From a virus: a stretch of DNA of 64,000 nt. The stretch is taken from positions 64,463 to 128,462 of IMG/VR virus record IMGVR_UViG_3300025141_008848, one strand, 5' to 3'. This document shows positions 29,401-39,446 of the stretch, in pieces. Numbering within the stretch: position 1 is the stretch's first letter; each line of letters starts with the position of its first letter. Position numbers and translations under genes: made by a program. The notes beneath the pieces were generated by a model. It did no database searches and was not told where the DNA came from. It was given only the letters and a program-made list of their open reading frames with translations.

Positions 29401-30243
29401 TTCCCACAAACAACCCAATCCTATATAATAGTTAATAAATTTAAAAATTATTTTGGGTCGGACTTTAGACATTATATAGTTTTAACACCAGAATGTAATT
29501 TTTACAAACCATGTTCAGAAACTAAACTTTTATCCTGTTATGATATTTTACATAGAACTAGACCAGATAAATGGAAAATACAAAATGTAGGCAATAAAAT
29601 AACGATAAATGGTAAGGAAATAATGATTATATCGGATAGGTCAGACGCCAATTCAAAACCAACAACCCTTCCCAACCAAACCATATGCAAGTATTTTTGT
29701 GACTGTGGACAAAGTATTGCTGAAGATTTAGAGATAGACCCAATATACGGTATTACAGATGTATTTACTGATATTAATGGAAAAGATTGTAACGAATGTG
29801 TTAAAAATTCTAGAGCTCATTGTGCAAAAATACATGCGGCATGTAAACCGATAATCATAGAAGATTGTTCAGAACTAAAAGATTATGCGTTAAGTAATGA
29901 GGGGGATGAAGAGAGTATTCCTATTAAGATGAAAGGTATGGTTGATGTTGGTGTTGGTGGTGGAGATAGTGATGGCCCTGGAGACCCTAGAGGAGGTTCT
30001 ACATACTTTTCATGTATAGAAGGGGTATGTCAAGAAGATGATGACGGAATATACACATCATTTAGTAGTTGTCAGGAGAGTTGTGAACCAACGGGACCAC
30101 CAACTCCCCCGCTAGGACCCGATGATGGTGATGACCGAGGAGGTGATGAATCATACGAAGAAGGTGATGAAGAGATTTGTAAGGAAGGGACCTACTGGTG
30201 TGAGAGTAGAAAAGCGTGTATACCACTAAATGAAAAATGTTAA
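26467..30243 (+). CDS. Large hypothetical structural protein with Cys-rich, acidic C-terminus
   Basis: 1258-aa ORF; C-terminal FSCIEGVCQEDDDGIYTSFSSCQESC and CKEGTYWC modules. Confidence 0.6.
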   Translation: MANKSYKTNIDLRILGERIKFLFFVSNTVGNTTSHSYNKKKCMVIEYDTQIMVEAICLVTEIGERMFLRFRGDNLKIENTLNLFGLRKSDMFLEVFKNSKGVYGFESIRGNGVGAFLSHPNYFSTTIPKNNSRGVGALLPFENGVMGKNHSLQMVLPGANITKNISAGISFDMDIHIESGGQYIQSLGFKLYKENIIIIEGETLDVKNTKQIINTTPNISLETTYIPLTSNDLASRKVMYDYKKVLTPQNVDADSITLIESNVYTIQNPKNLNTNLDKLKLTKNNIIEIPYNISRVVEDGKIKTTKKVIKNGKEIYPLGWINELRDNEIVSSANKCISLKFNNREQLIAFSEKLKQQQIGNIETYPLMNTSAEGTNTVRGMKKTYSKISQWIERSTLDEYNDVKFSYDSDNYIKSILICPRKKTKVDNTNKGKQNGLYSDGTQYTRLNGEAYKGYFHIDSNLGPVTGKDSGEPRRQVLIGLYNYAPISANTSTDFYLSTVGKKNSGLYSAFTATTTDIYEADNTYDLHISASSFSAHSASTGTTTIPISNIDREVVLPMIGDINKQYKPYAFGEVYASNPNGSLGLNNDNPQHYMTYRVKSNGIYRFTYKAFLNVTYTDTKWCDYVSRLAPSGVTATTGIYPQNDYEIKRLINTSIIQGGVEETATTLQDTKFKLNTGPRYIKLADRKETDPPESGLLTFNFTTSLLKYRVGTGTTDSIISGTPTTLQTVKVLRSTEDGDANHYLTLDVNENDKFSNTYNTCITDGVSATTIFKRQIPIVIDTGLISLLEGEVIELAYDTNWVSTSKGNYFGGGGTTNVDINLGHKLDKHGNTIESPWYRGIKLSSAVVNKNLFFDQSKKSKEFQMNTSGNKQKIRLDGTLYLSDQKCGNILRPHINEECFGQQIFWDSTGVDGKLVWNETSTKPTNKWQKLIESNIIKDYQITTSPHNKLTEMEKDGVFSFHIPTYDSDYGVKCNFNFPQTTQSYIIVNKFKNYFGSDFRHYIVLTPECNFYKPCSETKLLSCYDILHRTRPDKWKIQNVGNKITINGKEIMIISDRSDANSKPTTLPNQTICKYFCDCGQSIAEDLEIDPIYGITDVFTDINGKDCNECVKNSRAHCAKIHAACKPIIIEDCSELKDYALSNEGDEESIPIKMKGMVDVGVGGGDSDGPGDPRGGSTYFSCIEGVCQEDDDGIYTSFSSCQESCEPTGPPTPPLGPDDGDDRGGDESYEEGDEEICKEGTYWCESRKACIPLNEKC

Positions 30244-30257
30244 AAAATAAATAATAT

Positions 30258-33200
30258 ATGGCAATATTCGACGGAGATATAAAACTGATTGGTTATGTAT
30301 TAACAAATGCTTTAAGTGGTAGTTGTGATGGGGGTATAATAGGTTCCCAAATTTCAGCAACTACGAGCACTACATCCCCCTATTTAGTTAGTTGGTCAGG
30401 GACCAACCTAGGATATACCGCGTGTACTTTTGATATATTTAATTTATGTCCCGATACCTATGTTGCAACCGTAACGGATGCCACAGGTGCAACCGGTACC
30501 ACTAGTATTGTTGTAAGTGCTTTTACAGTACCAACCTTAACAGGAAGGCTTAGCAAAAATGACTGTATTCTAGACCCCAATAAATTGTGTGATATAACAA
30601 TTTCATCAGCTGTAGTTGACACCCCAACGTACAAGTACGAATTGAGAAAAGATAATAAGTTAATAGATACCCATTATGGTAATAGTGCTGATACTAGTCA
30701 TCTTTTTAGTGACCTAGAGAATGGGATGTATACTGTGACGTTGATTGAGAATGAGATAATTAGTTATACACAGGAACAATCTTGTAGTGGGTGCACCGCA
30801 TATATGTTTAATGATGAGGGAAATTATGAAATCAGTGGTGAACCATACGGATGGGAGTTAGACAAAGTGATAGGTACTAACTGGGAAAACTTCATACCAG
30901 ATGCCCCATTTCACCTTGACTTTTATGGTGGAGTTTCGGGATTGACTGGGTGGGGTCCCGCAACGGGAGGAACCAACATATACTATGAAGCTGGAATATT
31001 AGAAGATGGGACTATAGATTCTTCTAATCCGTATGTGTGGTTTTATACGGGAGCTACTCATACTAGAATGTCTGACACAGGTCAAGATTGGTATTTAGGT
31101 GTTAGTGCACTAACTAAAGAAGAAGGACAAAATTGGATAGGTCCGGACATTGCAAAAACTACACCCAACATAGGTAAATTTTACTATAATAGTGTCATTA
31201 ATAAATTTGAATATTTGTACCCTAGTTATTCTAATTTGGTTAGTTGGGTAACTTATGACCCTAGAATAAATTATGGTATACCAGGAAATCCTAGAGCTGC
31301 AACCTTAACTGGTGGAACCTCAGGACTCACACTTATGGATTTATCACCGATAGATGTTACAATAAATGCATCAAATGTGGTTATCGAGGCTAGTAGTATT
31401 TGCTGGTTGGCGGGTCCGGGAAATCTTGGAAAATTATTTTCACATTCAAATAATGGACTAATAACGGGAATGTTAAGTAAGTGTTCATATAACAACTATA
31501 CTTGGCAAACTAGTTTTAATGCAACTTCTGATAATGATGCTATCTATTCTATTCTTGCTGCGTTTAGGGATGATGACGCTAAATATGGTCCTTCCGGAGC
31601 CACACATAGTCTTTTTATGAGTTTTAATGGGACAAATGGTCAGATTAGACTTGGTATAGACCTAGGAGCAAGTGGTTTTGGGTTAAGAAAAGATAGTAAT
31701 CCAGGTTTTAGGAATTGTCTAAATGGAAGTGGGTGTACATCCTACAACCCTGATTATGGAAAAGTTAGCTTGGCAACTTTTGATGGGTCCCGAACCCCTT
31801 TTAGTGCGGGAAGTGATTGGAATTCAAGAGGAGCGATAAGAATGAAAGTAATCCGTTCCGGAACAGTAGGAGAACAATTCAAGATACAGTTTACTGAAAC
31901 TATGGGTACTGGGTCTAGTGCTACAGTAGCTATAGGAGACACTAACCCATATGCTTCACAGTATGATATTAATTTTAATCTTCTAGATAAAACTACTTGG
32001 TCTGGGAATAGTTGGTCCGCATATGATACTATAAGTTGGTTAGATGATTATGACCTATGTAAATTTTTAGGGTCTAAAAAAATTGGATACGCACAGAATT
32101 CACAAGCTGAGGCTAGTTGGTATCATATATCATTTAGTGCTACACCATCACAACAAAATATTATAGCTCCACTATGTGAAAATTTAAACGGTCCATCAAC
32201 AACCATAGAAATAACGGCAACAACAGGTACCACAACTAATATAATTCAGACTAATGATACCACTAGTTATACTTCAGTAGAACCTGGGGTACCTAAAGTT
32301 AAACCAAGAGTAAATGTTTCACTACAAACAATGCCTTTACCTGCACTAACAATTGCAGGTCTCAGCAGACCGGACACTAGTTTAACCACCGATATTGGTG
32401 GAATACCTAGTTTAGCGGTATATAATAAGTCACAAGGTGGTGGAACCCATGTACAATTTTATTATGGGGGTAATAATACAGATATGATATTTGGTAATAT
32501 GTATCCTAAATTTAGAATATATACTTACATGAGTGAATTAGAACAAATAGCTACTAGTCCAGTATATGAGGCAATATTCGATACACTACCACAGTATTAT
32601 GATACATCTAGTCAAAGTATTATATTAAGTGCTAATACTTTTATCCCGTGGTCTGGATTTTCCACTGGGACTAGTTGGGAGTACATAATTCGTCCTAGTT
32701 ACTTATTTAAAGATAAGAAGTCACGTCACGATGTCTGGTTAGACACTACACCCTACCCACCTCATAAATTAGTTAGTAATAATAATGATTTTTATATGGC
32801 CTTGGTGAGTGACCCACCAACGCCTAATCTAATGTTAAATGATTTTGCTATACCATTTACACCTCCACAGATGATGATAGAGAGGACAGTTGTATCTGGC
32901 TTGCCTAATGCTGATACTGACTTTAAAGCGTATTCCACCGCAACCTATTCATTTCAGATTAGAAGTAATCATGTTAGTAAACCATTAGTTACGGTTAACG
33001 GTTTAACGGTAGCGGAGGGAGATTCGGCGGTTACACGTACTACAGCAACATATACAAATTCCGAAACACAATCTGGATATAATTTAAATGTAAATACAAA
33101 ATTAGCTACTGGTGATTATAAAACAACAAACGGACATAGATATATAACTTTCTTTCCACAAACAGTGGTAAATGGGGACCAGTTAACATTTATGTATGAT

Positions 33201-33836
33201 ACAGATAGTGGTTCTTGGGGTCAGTTCTTTACATTACCAGCTACAGTATCAACACTCAACACTGAGATTATATATGAAGAAAATGGTTATTATTATATAA
33301 ATTTAGATAAACAATCTGTTGGTTCGGTAGTCATAGCAGTAAATGGTCTAACACAATCCCAATATAATAAAGTTAGTGACACTAAAATACAATTACTCAC
33401 TTCCCTAAGTGATTATAAAGAAGGTGATGTATTTGCTTTATTCTATAAGACAATATACACCCTTATTGGTTCTAGTATGAATAAAGAACCACAAATTCCA
33501 GTTACATACCAGAAAAATCAAACTTTAAATGATACTATTCATGTTAAATTATTTAATGAGAATGGGGATTTGGTACAACATCTAACCCAGGGAGTTCCTA
33601 ATTATGAATTAGGGGCAATATATAAAAGTTTTAAACTAACACCACCAGCACCAGGTAACTATAAATACCGGGTGTCTGTTGATAGACAATATCCATTATT
33701 AAATGGTGAGAGTATATACTCAACCAGTCAAACTGACATAATTTCTTTCGAAATAACGAGGGATACATTTTATTCTCCATCAGGTATAGCACTTGGTAAT
33801 AACTTAAACCCCGGAAACAACGCAACAATAACCTAA
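30258..33836 (+). CDS. Putative tail fibre/adhesin-like protein with SprB-like N-terminal repeats
   Basis: PYLVSWSG...NLCPDTYVATVTDATG and FSDLENGMYTVTL resemble SprB/Ig-like repeats; S/T/G-rich. Confidence 0.55.
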   Translation: MAIFDGDIKLIGYVLTNALSGSCDGGIIGSQISATTSTTSPYLVSWSGTNLGYTACTFDIFNLCPDTYVATVTDATGATGTTSIVVSAFTVPTLTGRLSKNDCILDPNKLCDITISSAVVDTPTYKYELRKDNKLIDTHYGNSADTSHLFSDLENGMYTVTLIENEIISYTQEQSCSGCTAYMFNDEGNYEISGEPYGWELDKVIGTNWENFIPDAPFHLDFYGGVSGLTGWGPATGGTNIYYEAGILEDGTIDSSNPYVWFYTGATHTRMSDTGQDWYLGVSALTKEEGQNWIGPDIAKTTPNIGKFYYNSVINKFEYLYPSYSNLVSWVTYDPRINYGIPGNPRAATLTGGTSGLTLMDLSPIDVTINASNVVIEASSICWLAGPGNLGKLFSHSNNGLITGMLSKCSYNNYTWQTSFNATSDNDAIYSILAAFRDDDAKYGPSGATHSLFMSFNGTNGQIRLGIDLGASGFGLRKDSNPGFRNCLNGSGCTSYNPDYGKVSLATFDGSRTPFSAGSDWNSRGAIRMKVIRSGTVGEQFKIQFTETMGTGSSATVAIGDTNPYASQYDINFNLLDKTTWSGNSWSAYDTISWLDDYDLCKFLGSKKIGYAQNSQAEASWYHISFSATPSQQNIIAPLCENLNGPSTTIEITATTGTTTNIIQTNDTTSYTSVEPGVPKVKPRVNVSLQTMPLPALTIAGLSRPDTSLTTDIGGIPSLAVYNKSQGGGTHVQFYYGGNNTDMIFGNMYPKFRIYTYMSELEQIATSPVYEAIFDTLPQYYDTSSQSIILSANTFIPWSGFSTGTSWEYIIRPSYLFKDKKSRHDVWLDTTPYPPHKLVSNNNDFYMALVSDPPTPNLMLNDFAIPFTPPQMMIERTVVSGLPNADTDFKAYSTATYSFQIRSNHVSKPLVTVNGLTVAEGDSAVTRTTATYTNSETQSGYNLNVNTKLATGDYKTTNGHRYITFFPQTVVNGDQLTFMYDTDSGSWGQFFTLPATVSTLNTEIIYEENGYYYINLDKQSVGSVVIAVNGLTQSQYNKVSDTKIQLLTSLSDYKEGDVFALFYKTIYTLIGSSMNKEPQIPVTYQKNQTLNDTIHVKLFNENGDLVQHLTQGVPNYELGAIYKSFKLTPPAPGNYKYRVSVDRQYPLLNGESIYSTSQTDIISFEITRDTFYSPSGIALGNNLNPGNNATIT

Positions 33837-33863
33837 AACCAATAAACATTTTAAAATGAAATG

Positions 33864-33870
33864 TATTTAT
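33864..33870 (+). promoter_or_regulatory. Putative late-promoter motif TATTTAT
   Basis: Intergenic, 17 nt before the ATG at 33888. Confidence 0.55.
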
Positions 33871-33887
33871 CTATAAAGTAAAAAACT

Positions 33888-36302
33888 ATGAGTTATATAA
33901 TTAAAAACAGTACACAAGGAGCTATCGCAGCTAGATTAACTGACGCTGGGAGAAGAAAACTATCAGAAGGTAAATTAAATATCGGGCTTTTCCAAATAGG
34001 TGATAGTGAAGTCAACTATGATTGTTATACCCAACAACCAGGAGCAAGTGATGGGTTATTTATTTTACAAGCAGAACATAACGCACAAAATCTTAACCCT
34101 TTACCAGAAAAAAATAAAGGACATATAAAATATCCCTTAGTTGGTGGGATGAGTAGCGGGGATACATTTGGCCCTACAATCCCACAACATCAACAGAATG
34201 ATGTTTACAATACAGCCGCATCAAGAGGGTTTTTTACTGGTACTACAGACAATTCAACGGGGGGTAACGGTTCTTATAGTTACTTTTATGCAAATATCGA
34301 TAGTTCTTATACGCTATCTTCGAATTGGTTATTCTGTGCATCCGCGATGACAGGAAGTAGTCAAATGGTATTACTTACAGCTAGTACTATGTGTTCATCA
34401 CAACTTTACTCCCCAGTTGTTGGAGACTTATTATCAGTCACATATGAATTTTCTGGAGCAAATTGTTCACAATTAAATTATAGTGCTGCATCTACCACTT
34501 TATTTTATCAAGTAGAAAGTGGTAATAATGATTCAGCTCAGACAAACTCGTGGTTATCCCTAACAGTAGACAGAGCTTTACCTAATTTTAGTGGGGTGAC
34601 AACAGATATGAAAAATATTTGTATGAGAGTCAGGGTCTATCCTGCAAGTTCAGCGACCCCAATGACCACATCCAGTATATATAATACTGCAAATACTGTA
34701 ACTTGTTGGTGTGACGAAACACTATCATTCAATAATTGTTGTGACGTATCCAATTCTGACGTTAAAATATGGAATATGAATATAAACTGGACCCACCAAG
34801 TAGCAGGAGTATGGTCACCAGCAGCAGGTGTTGACGAAAGCTTCAATAGCTATGGGTCAAGTGGATATTGTGGCTCCAAAGAATATTTTGGGCTAGAAAG
34901 TAATAATGGACAATCTTTTACAAATCAAGTTAATGATACTTACCACCCTTCGGTTATAGGTGGGACCTTTTACTTTGATTCTTTTTATAATACTAGGGTA
35001 GTTTTACCAGAAGAACAAAAAATGGCAGGATTTATCCATTATACCAACAATTCAACAACAGATTTTTATGGTGAAAAGTTTGCTCTTAAAGATTCTACCT
35101 TTACTGGTATTGGTGAAGCCAAAAACCTAAAATTACATTTACCTTGGTTAATGTGGCATAAGAAATCAGTCCAAGGAAGTGGAACTGGGACCGGAGCTGG
35201 TAATGAAACTCTTCTAGGACAAACATTTTACGTTGACCCACAATCATATCCACTAGTATTCCCAATTAATCCACATCTTATGTTATCTAGTATGAATACT
35301 AATATGAATGATGATGGATTAAGGTATTATCATTTATGGGATGACAATATTGGAAGTGGGGCAACACCTAATAGAGTTGGAAAAGTATTTCCAGATTATA
35401 AAATGATTGTTATTGATGATGAAGAATTATTGACAGCTATGTCTTATAAATCTAATAGAAGTTGGACTTTGCCAGCCCCTAAAACACAAAAATTTCCATC
35501 CGGTACGGGATGTCCTACGGGTTGTACTACGGGGGTAATACAAACACCAGGAACCACACTTTGGATGACTTACATGTTCGAGAATAAAGTACTTGGAGGT
35601 GCGGGTGTAACAACAGGAGTTCATTGTAACTATTTTGTGTCCGAAAATCTACAACCAGGAGAAGGATTTTTTGATATAGGATTTACTTTAGGTCCGGAGT
35701 TCCCTTATTTGAGAAGTGACTTTGCATTAGTGGGTACAGGTTGGGAAGCAGATACCTTATATATATTAACACAAAAAGTCCCTAACGGTCAAAAACCAGC
35801 ACCACAAGGATGGAATCTAAAAGACGTAACTTCTGAAATTCCAAACCATACTGTAGGAACTAAAATATCCGCAACAAATATAATAAACCATACATTCTAT
35901 CTTACAGCAAATGACCTAGACCCAGGATGTACATACTATACAACACCAACTCCGTACTACTTAAATAATTTTATAGACATACCAACCGCGGCATCACCAG
36001 GACCAACACAACTACAATTTGGGGACGAATACTTTTTTTATGGTAGTCTAGAGACAGATATAATGGCAACGATTTATGAGATGAAACATGTGGTACAGTT
36101 AGGAGCACAACAATATATAACTTCTACGAACCCAACATGGGTAGATTATACTACTAATGCTGGTTATACTAACCCTAGAATAACTGAAATTGGTTTATAT
36201 GATAATGAGAATGGGTTCCCAGACTTGATGGCTATCGCAAAATTACAGTCACCAGTTCAAAGACAAAGTACTCAGCAATTTACAATATCTATTGATTTTT
36301 AA
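33888..36302 (+). CDS. Tail/baseplate protein with tail-fibre anchor (DUF3751-like) motifs at both ends
   Basis: N-terminal LTDAGRRKLS..FQIGDSEVNY and C-terminal ITEIGLYD...LMAIAKLQSPV. Confidence 0.65.
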   Translation: MSYIIKNSTQGAIAARLTDAGRRKLSEGKLNIGLFQIGDSEVNYDCYTQQPGASDGLFILQAEHNAQNLNPLPEKNKGHIKYPLVGGMSSGDTFGPTIPQHQQNDVYNTAASRGFFTGTTDNSTGGNGSYSYFYANIDSSYTLSSNWLFCASAMTGSSQMVLLTASTMCSSQLYSPVVGDLLSVTYEFSGANCSQLNYSAASTTLFYQVESGNNDSAQTNSWLSLTVDRALPNFSGVTTDMKNICMRVRVYPASSATPMTTSSIYNTANTVTCWCDETLSFNNCCDVSNSDVKIWNMNINWTHQVAGVWSPAAGVDESFNSYGSSGYCGSKEYFGLESNNGQSFTNQVNDTYHPSVIGGTFYFDSFYNTRVVLPEEQKMAGFIHYTNNSTTDFYGEKFALKDSTFTGIGEAKNLKLHLPWLMWHKKSVQGSGTGTGAGNETLLGQTFYVDPQSYPLVFPINPHLMLSSMNTNMNDDGLRYYHLWDDNIGSGATPNRVGKVFPDYKMIVIDDEELLTAMSYKSNRSWTLPAPKTQKFPSGTGCPTGCTTGVIQTPGTTLWMTYMFENKVLGGAGVTTGVHCNYFVSENLQPGEGFFDIGFTLGPEFPYLRSDFALVGTGWEADTLYILTQKVPNGQKPAPQGWNLKDVTSEIPNHTVGTKISATNIINHTFYLTANDLDPGCTYYTTPTPYYLNNFIDIPTAASPGPTQLQFGDEYFFYGSLETDIMATIYEMKHVVQLGAQQYITSTNPTWVDYTTNAGYTNPRITEIGLYDNENGFPDLMAIAKLQSPVQRQSTQQFTISIDF

Positions 36303-37084
36303 TGGGATATTTAGGCATTCATAATGATACTATATCGGGTAACACTTTTAGAATGTATTTATCGGATTATGGTAGAAGTAGACTAGGGTCTGGAAGTGGG
36401 ATATTAGAATCTCTTGAACAATTTGGACTTGGGGATTCTGATATTGATTATCGTAGATTTGTGGGAAGTGGGAGTTGTAGTGGACAAACTAGTTTAAGTG
36501 CCTTAACCGAAGATTGTTTTTATGACCTAACAGACGCAAGAGGAGGGGAACCAAATTCCGTCAAAAGAATATTTGGTATAACTCCGTCGATATTTAGAGG
36601 ACCGAGAGTTCAACTTAATAATGGAGTTATTTCTTTAAGTAATACATCATTAGGTGTAAATCCAACCAACACAACAACTTTATGGGCAAAACATAGAGAA
36701 TCTGAAGCAGACACTAATATAGAAGAACCTAATAGTGGAAATTATACAACCTGTTGGGAAGTAGGGGCGGCGGTAAACGTATTTTATCCATCCTTTTGTA
36801 TAACATGTGCAGATTTTAATGGTGACGGGGTTGTAGACTTTAAAGATTTAATAACATTTTTAAATCTTATGGGTACTGAAGGTAAAGTAGGTAATGAACT
36901 TGTTGGGGATTTTAATGGTGATGGTAAGGTAGATAAAAAAGATTTAATGATTTTTATAGATTGTCTAAAGTATAACAATAAAAATATATTAAAATATTGT
37001 ACTAATAAAGAAATCTATTGTTTACTATGTAAACATTTAGGTTCAGCTTCACTATGTAATGGTGACTGTTTAAAATGTATATAA
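36302..37084 (+). CDS. Tail-module protein with dockerin-like duplicated Ca-binding loops
   Basis: N-terminal LSDYGRSRL...FGLGDSDIDYR; ADFNGDGVVDFKDL and GDFNGDGKVDKKDL. Confidence 0.7.
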   Translation: MGYLGIHNDTISGNTFRMYLSDYGRSRLGSGSGILESLEQFGLGDSDIDYRRFVGSGSCSGQTSLSALTEDCFYDLTDARGGEPNSVKRIFGITPSIFRGPRVQLNNGVISLSNTSLGVNPTNTTTLWAKHRESEADTNIEEPNSGNYTTCWEVGAAVNVFYPSFCITCADFNGDGVVDFKDLITFLNLMGTEGKVGNELVGDFNGDGKVDKKDLMIFIDCLKYNNKNILKYCTNKEIYCLLCKHLGSASLCNGDCLKCI

Positions 37085-37136
37085 GAATGATAAGAAATCG
37101 TTTAACTAGATAATTATATAATAAGAGAATAATAAT

Positions 37137-39008
37137 ATGGGCTATATAAGTGCACAAACCGCAACAACACTAACTATTCAGTTAACTGAAGAAGGGCGTC
37201 AGAGAATGCTAACATCAGGTAACTTTATAGATATGTTTAATAAATTTGGTATTTCTGATGGTGATATAGATTATAGAAATACACAGCAACATGCAGACAC
37301 TACAAGTACTTCTAATGACTCTGCACAATTAGGTTATTTACCCGATGCTACTGGCCAAGACAGCAATTACAAAAACTCTATAAGTAACGGGTTTACACAG
37401 AATAATATAGTGTGGCAAACACCCGAAGCAAATAAAGTTTTTAACTCAGTTAAGGAGTACGTATCAATTGGTGTTAGAGGAAGTGATAATTTAGTAAAAT
37501 ACTATAGAAATGAAGTAGAGATAGATGTTTATTTATCCGACTACTATGTTTTATGTAAATTATTCGCTGCAAAGTATGTGAATGACCACAAAGACATCCT
37601 ATCTTCCGCAGCTACTACAATTGCTAGTGCAACTACAAGCTACTTTGAAAATACTTTAAATATCTATAAGGATAGTGATTACTTAAATTTTTTAAATTCA
37701 TTATCAGAACATGGAATTGGACAATATATTGATTATGTTGATTCAGTTAAGGTTTATGATGGAAGTAACTTCAGAACACAGAATATAAAATTAGTCCCAA
37801 CAACAGACAGTAGTTATTATAATGCTCTAGCTTTAGCAGGGGGTGCATTTATGAATAGAGGTCAACATACAGGAATTGATTTCTTGGGTACAAATTTAAA
37901 AGGTATGCAACTACCATCACCCTTTTCTTTGGTGTTTTCACCGGGATTAAATAATGGTGCCACCAAATACTTAAGAGGAGCGGGTAAATATGGTATAGGT
38001 TTCGCAGCTTTTGATGTGGGTTACTTAAATTGTGGGGGTATAAACGCGTGGAACCAAACTGGTGAGTCGTACCCAACATTTGTAATGAACTCAATCACTA
38101 ACGGGTGGGTAAGTGAGTTAGCGGGTGACGCACAGCCCCTAATAGGGTTTGTGAGTAGTATTGATATGGAAAGAGAAATTAATCTAACCCAAAGTGGGTT
38201 CGGTAGTGAAGCGTATAAAAATATTAACACGACAATTCCAACAACTAGATTAGTTACTAATGTTACAAATACTAATTTTTCACCAGTATACTACCCTATT
38301 AAACTTAAACGATTAACAGAAAATCAAGGAGCATATATAAATATTAATAACACCCAAAACAAAGGAATTAGAATAACATATACAACTCATCCTTCTGATA
38401 CATTTGGTTTGTTGATGGGTAGTATGGAGTATACCGCTAATTGGAATAATAATGAACAGGGGTTAAAAACAGGAGGTGCTTCTTTTTCACTATACCCATC
38501 TAAGGATAATGGGTTAGGTACGGTAGCAAGTAGAGTATCAGATAAAACTGAACCATATTATACTCTTTATACTAGACAAGCAAAAATGGCAGATGATATA
38601 TTTTTAACTATAGCTTCACAAAATAATAATTTTTGGAAAACAGATACATATTCCGGAGGGTATATTGCTGGTCTGAGTGGAAGTGGACAAACTTCATACA
38701 ATGTATCCATTCCTATTACGTGGGATGTATATAGTTCGGATAATGCAGGGGCAACCCCGTGTAAACTAACAGTCAGATTTAAATTTAATAAACCTGCAAT
38801 CACACCATCAATCGCTTACGAAACGACGGACTCTCAAAGCTATTATAGAATATATGATAATGCAACATTCCGTTTTTATGGGGAAGCGGGTGTGGATAAG
38901 AGTTCCTATTCTGAAGACCCTCGAGGACACAACAGTTCAAATCAATGGCAAACTAGTGCTGGAAAGGCATTATTTTATAAAGTAACATACGGACAAGTAA
39001 TAAATTAA
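37137..39008 (+). CDS. Tail-module protein (anchor-motif paralogue)
   Basis: N-terminal LTEEGRQRML...FGISDGDIDYR shared with the two preceding genes. Confidence 0.65.
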   Translation: MGYISAQTATTLTIQLTEEGRQRMLTSGNFIDMFNKFGISDGDIDYRNTQQHADTTSTSNDSAQLGYLPDATGQDSNYKNSISNGFTQNNIVWQTPEANKVFNSVKEYVSIGVRGSDNLVKYYRNEVEIDVYLSDYYVLCKLFAAKYVNDHKDILSSAATTIASATTSYFENTLNIYKDSDYLNFLNSLSEHGIGQYIDYVDSVKVYDGSNFRTQNIKLVPTTDSSYYNALALAGGAFMNRGQHTGIDFLGTNLKGMQLPSPFSLVFSPGLNNGATKYLRGAGKYGIGFAAFDVGYLNCGGINAWNQTGESYPTFVMNSITNGWVSELAGDAQPLIGFVSSIDMEREINLTQSGFGSEAYKNINTTIPTTRLVTNVTNTNFSPVYYPIKLKRLTENQGAYININNTQNKGIRITYTTHPSDTFGLLMGSMEYTANWNNNEQGLKTGGASFSLYPSKDNGLGTVASRVSDKTEPYYTLYTRQAKMADDIFLTIASQNNNFWKTDTYSGGYIAGLSGSGQTSYNVSIPITWDVYSSDNAGATPCKLTVRFKFNKPAITPSIAYETTDSQSYYRIYDNATFRFYGEAGVDKSSYSEDPRGHNSSNQWQTSAGKALFYKVTYGQVIN

Positions 39009-39013
39009 ATAAA

Positions 39014-39445
39014 ATGGATACAAAAGCTTTAGAATTTTATAGAAATAATAGTAAATGTACTGAAAATAGTATTTTAGCGGGAAAAGAACCTATCTTATAT
39101 GTTGATACCCAAAGAATTAAGGGAGCAAGAAATAGATTTATTGACCAAAGCAAAAGTAGTTCAGGTAATAAATATTTCGGTACCCCTGGTGAATTTAATG
39201 CGGTTTATGCACCCTCTAAATATTTATCAGTGGTAAGTCCACCAGACAAAGGCAAGTATATGTTTGTAAGTTACCCAAAAAATATTGTATTAACAAAAAA
39301 AACTGTATTCCCCGGAATACAAAATAATAATGCTGGTAAGACGGACGGTAGCCCTTTTCATATAACACCCCTTTACTTTGCGGGTAGAGCTTCACTAGTC
39401 TTAGATAGAACTATAAACTCACGTAACTATAAAAGCTGGACTTAA
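39014..39445 (+). CDS. Hypothetical protein
   Basis: 143-aa ORF filling the gap between tail genes. Confidence 0.55.
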   Translation: MDTKALEFYRNNSKCTENSILAGKEPILYVDTQRIKGARNRFIDQSKSSSGNKYFGTPGEFNAVYAPSKYLSVVSPPDKGKYMFVSYPKNIVLTKKTVFPGIQNNNAGKTDGSPFHITPLYFAGRASLVLDRTINSRNYKSWT

Positions 39446-39446
39446 A

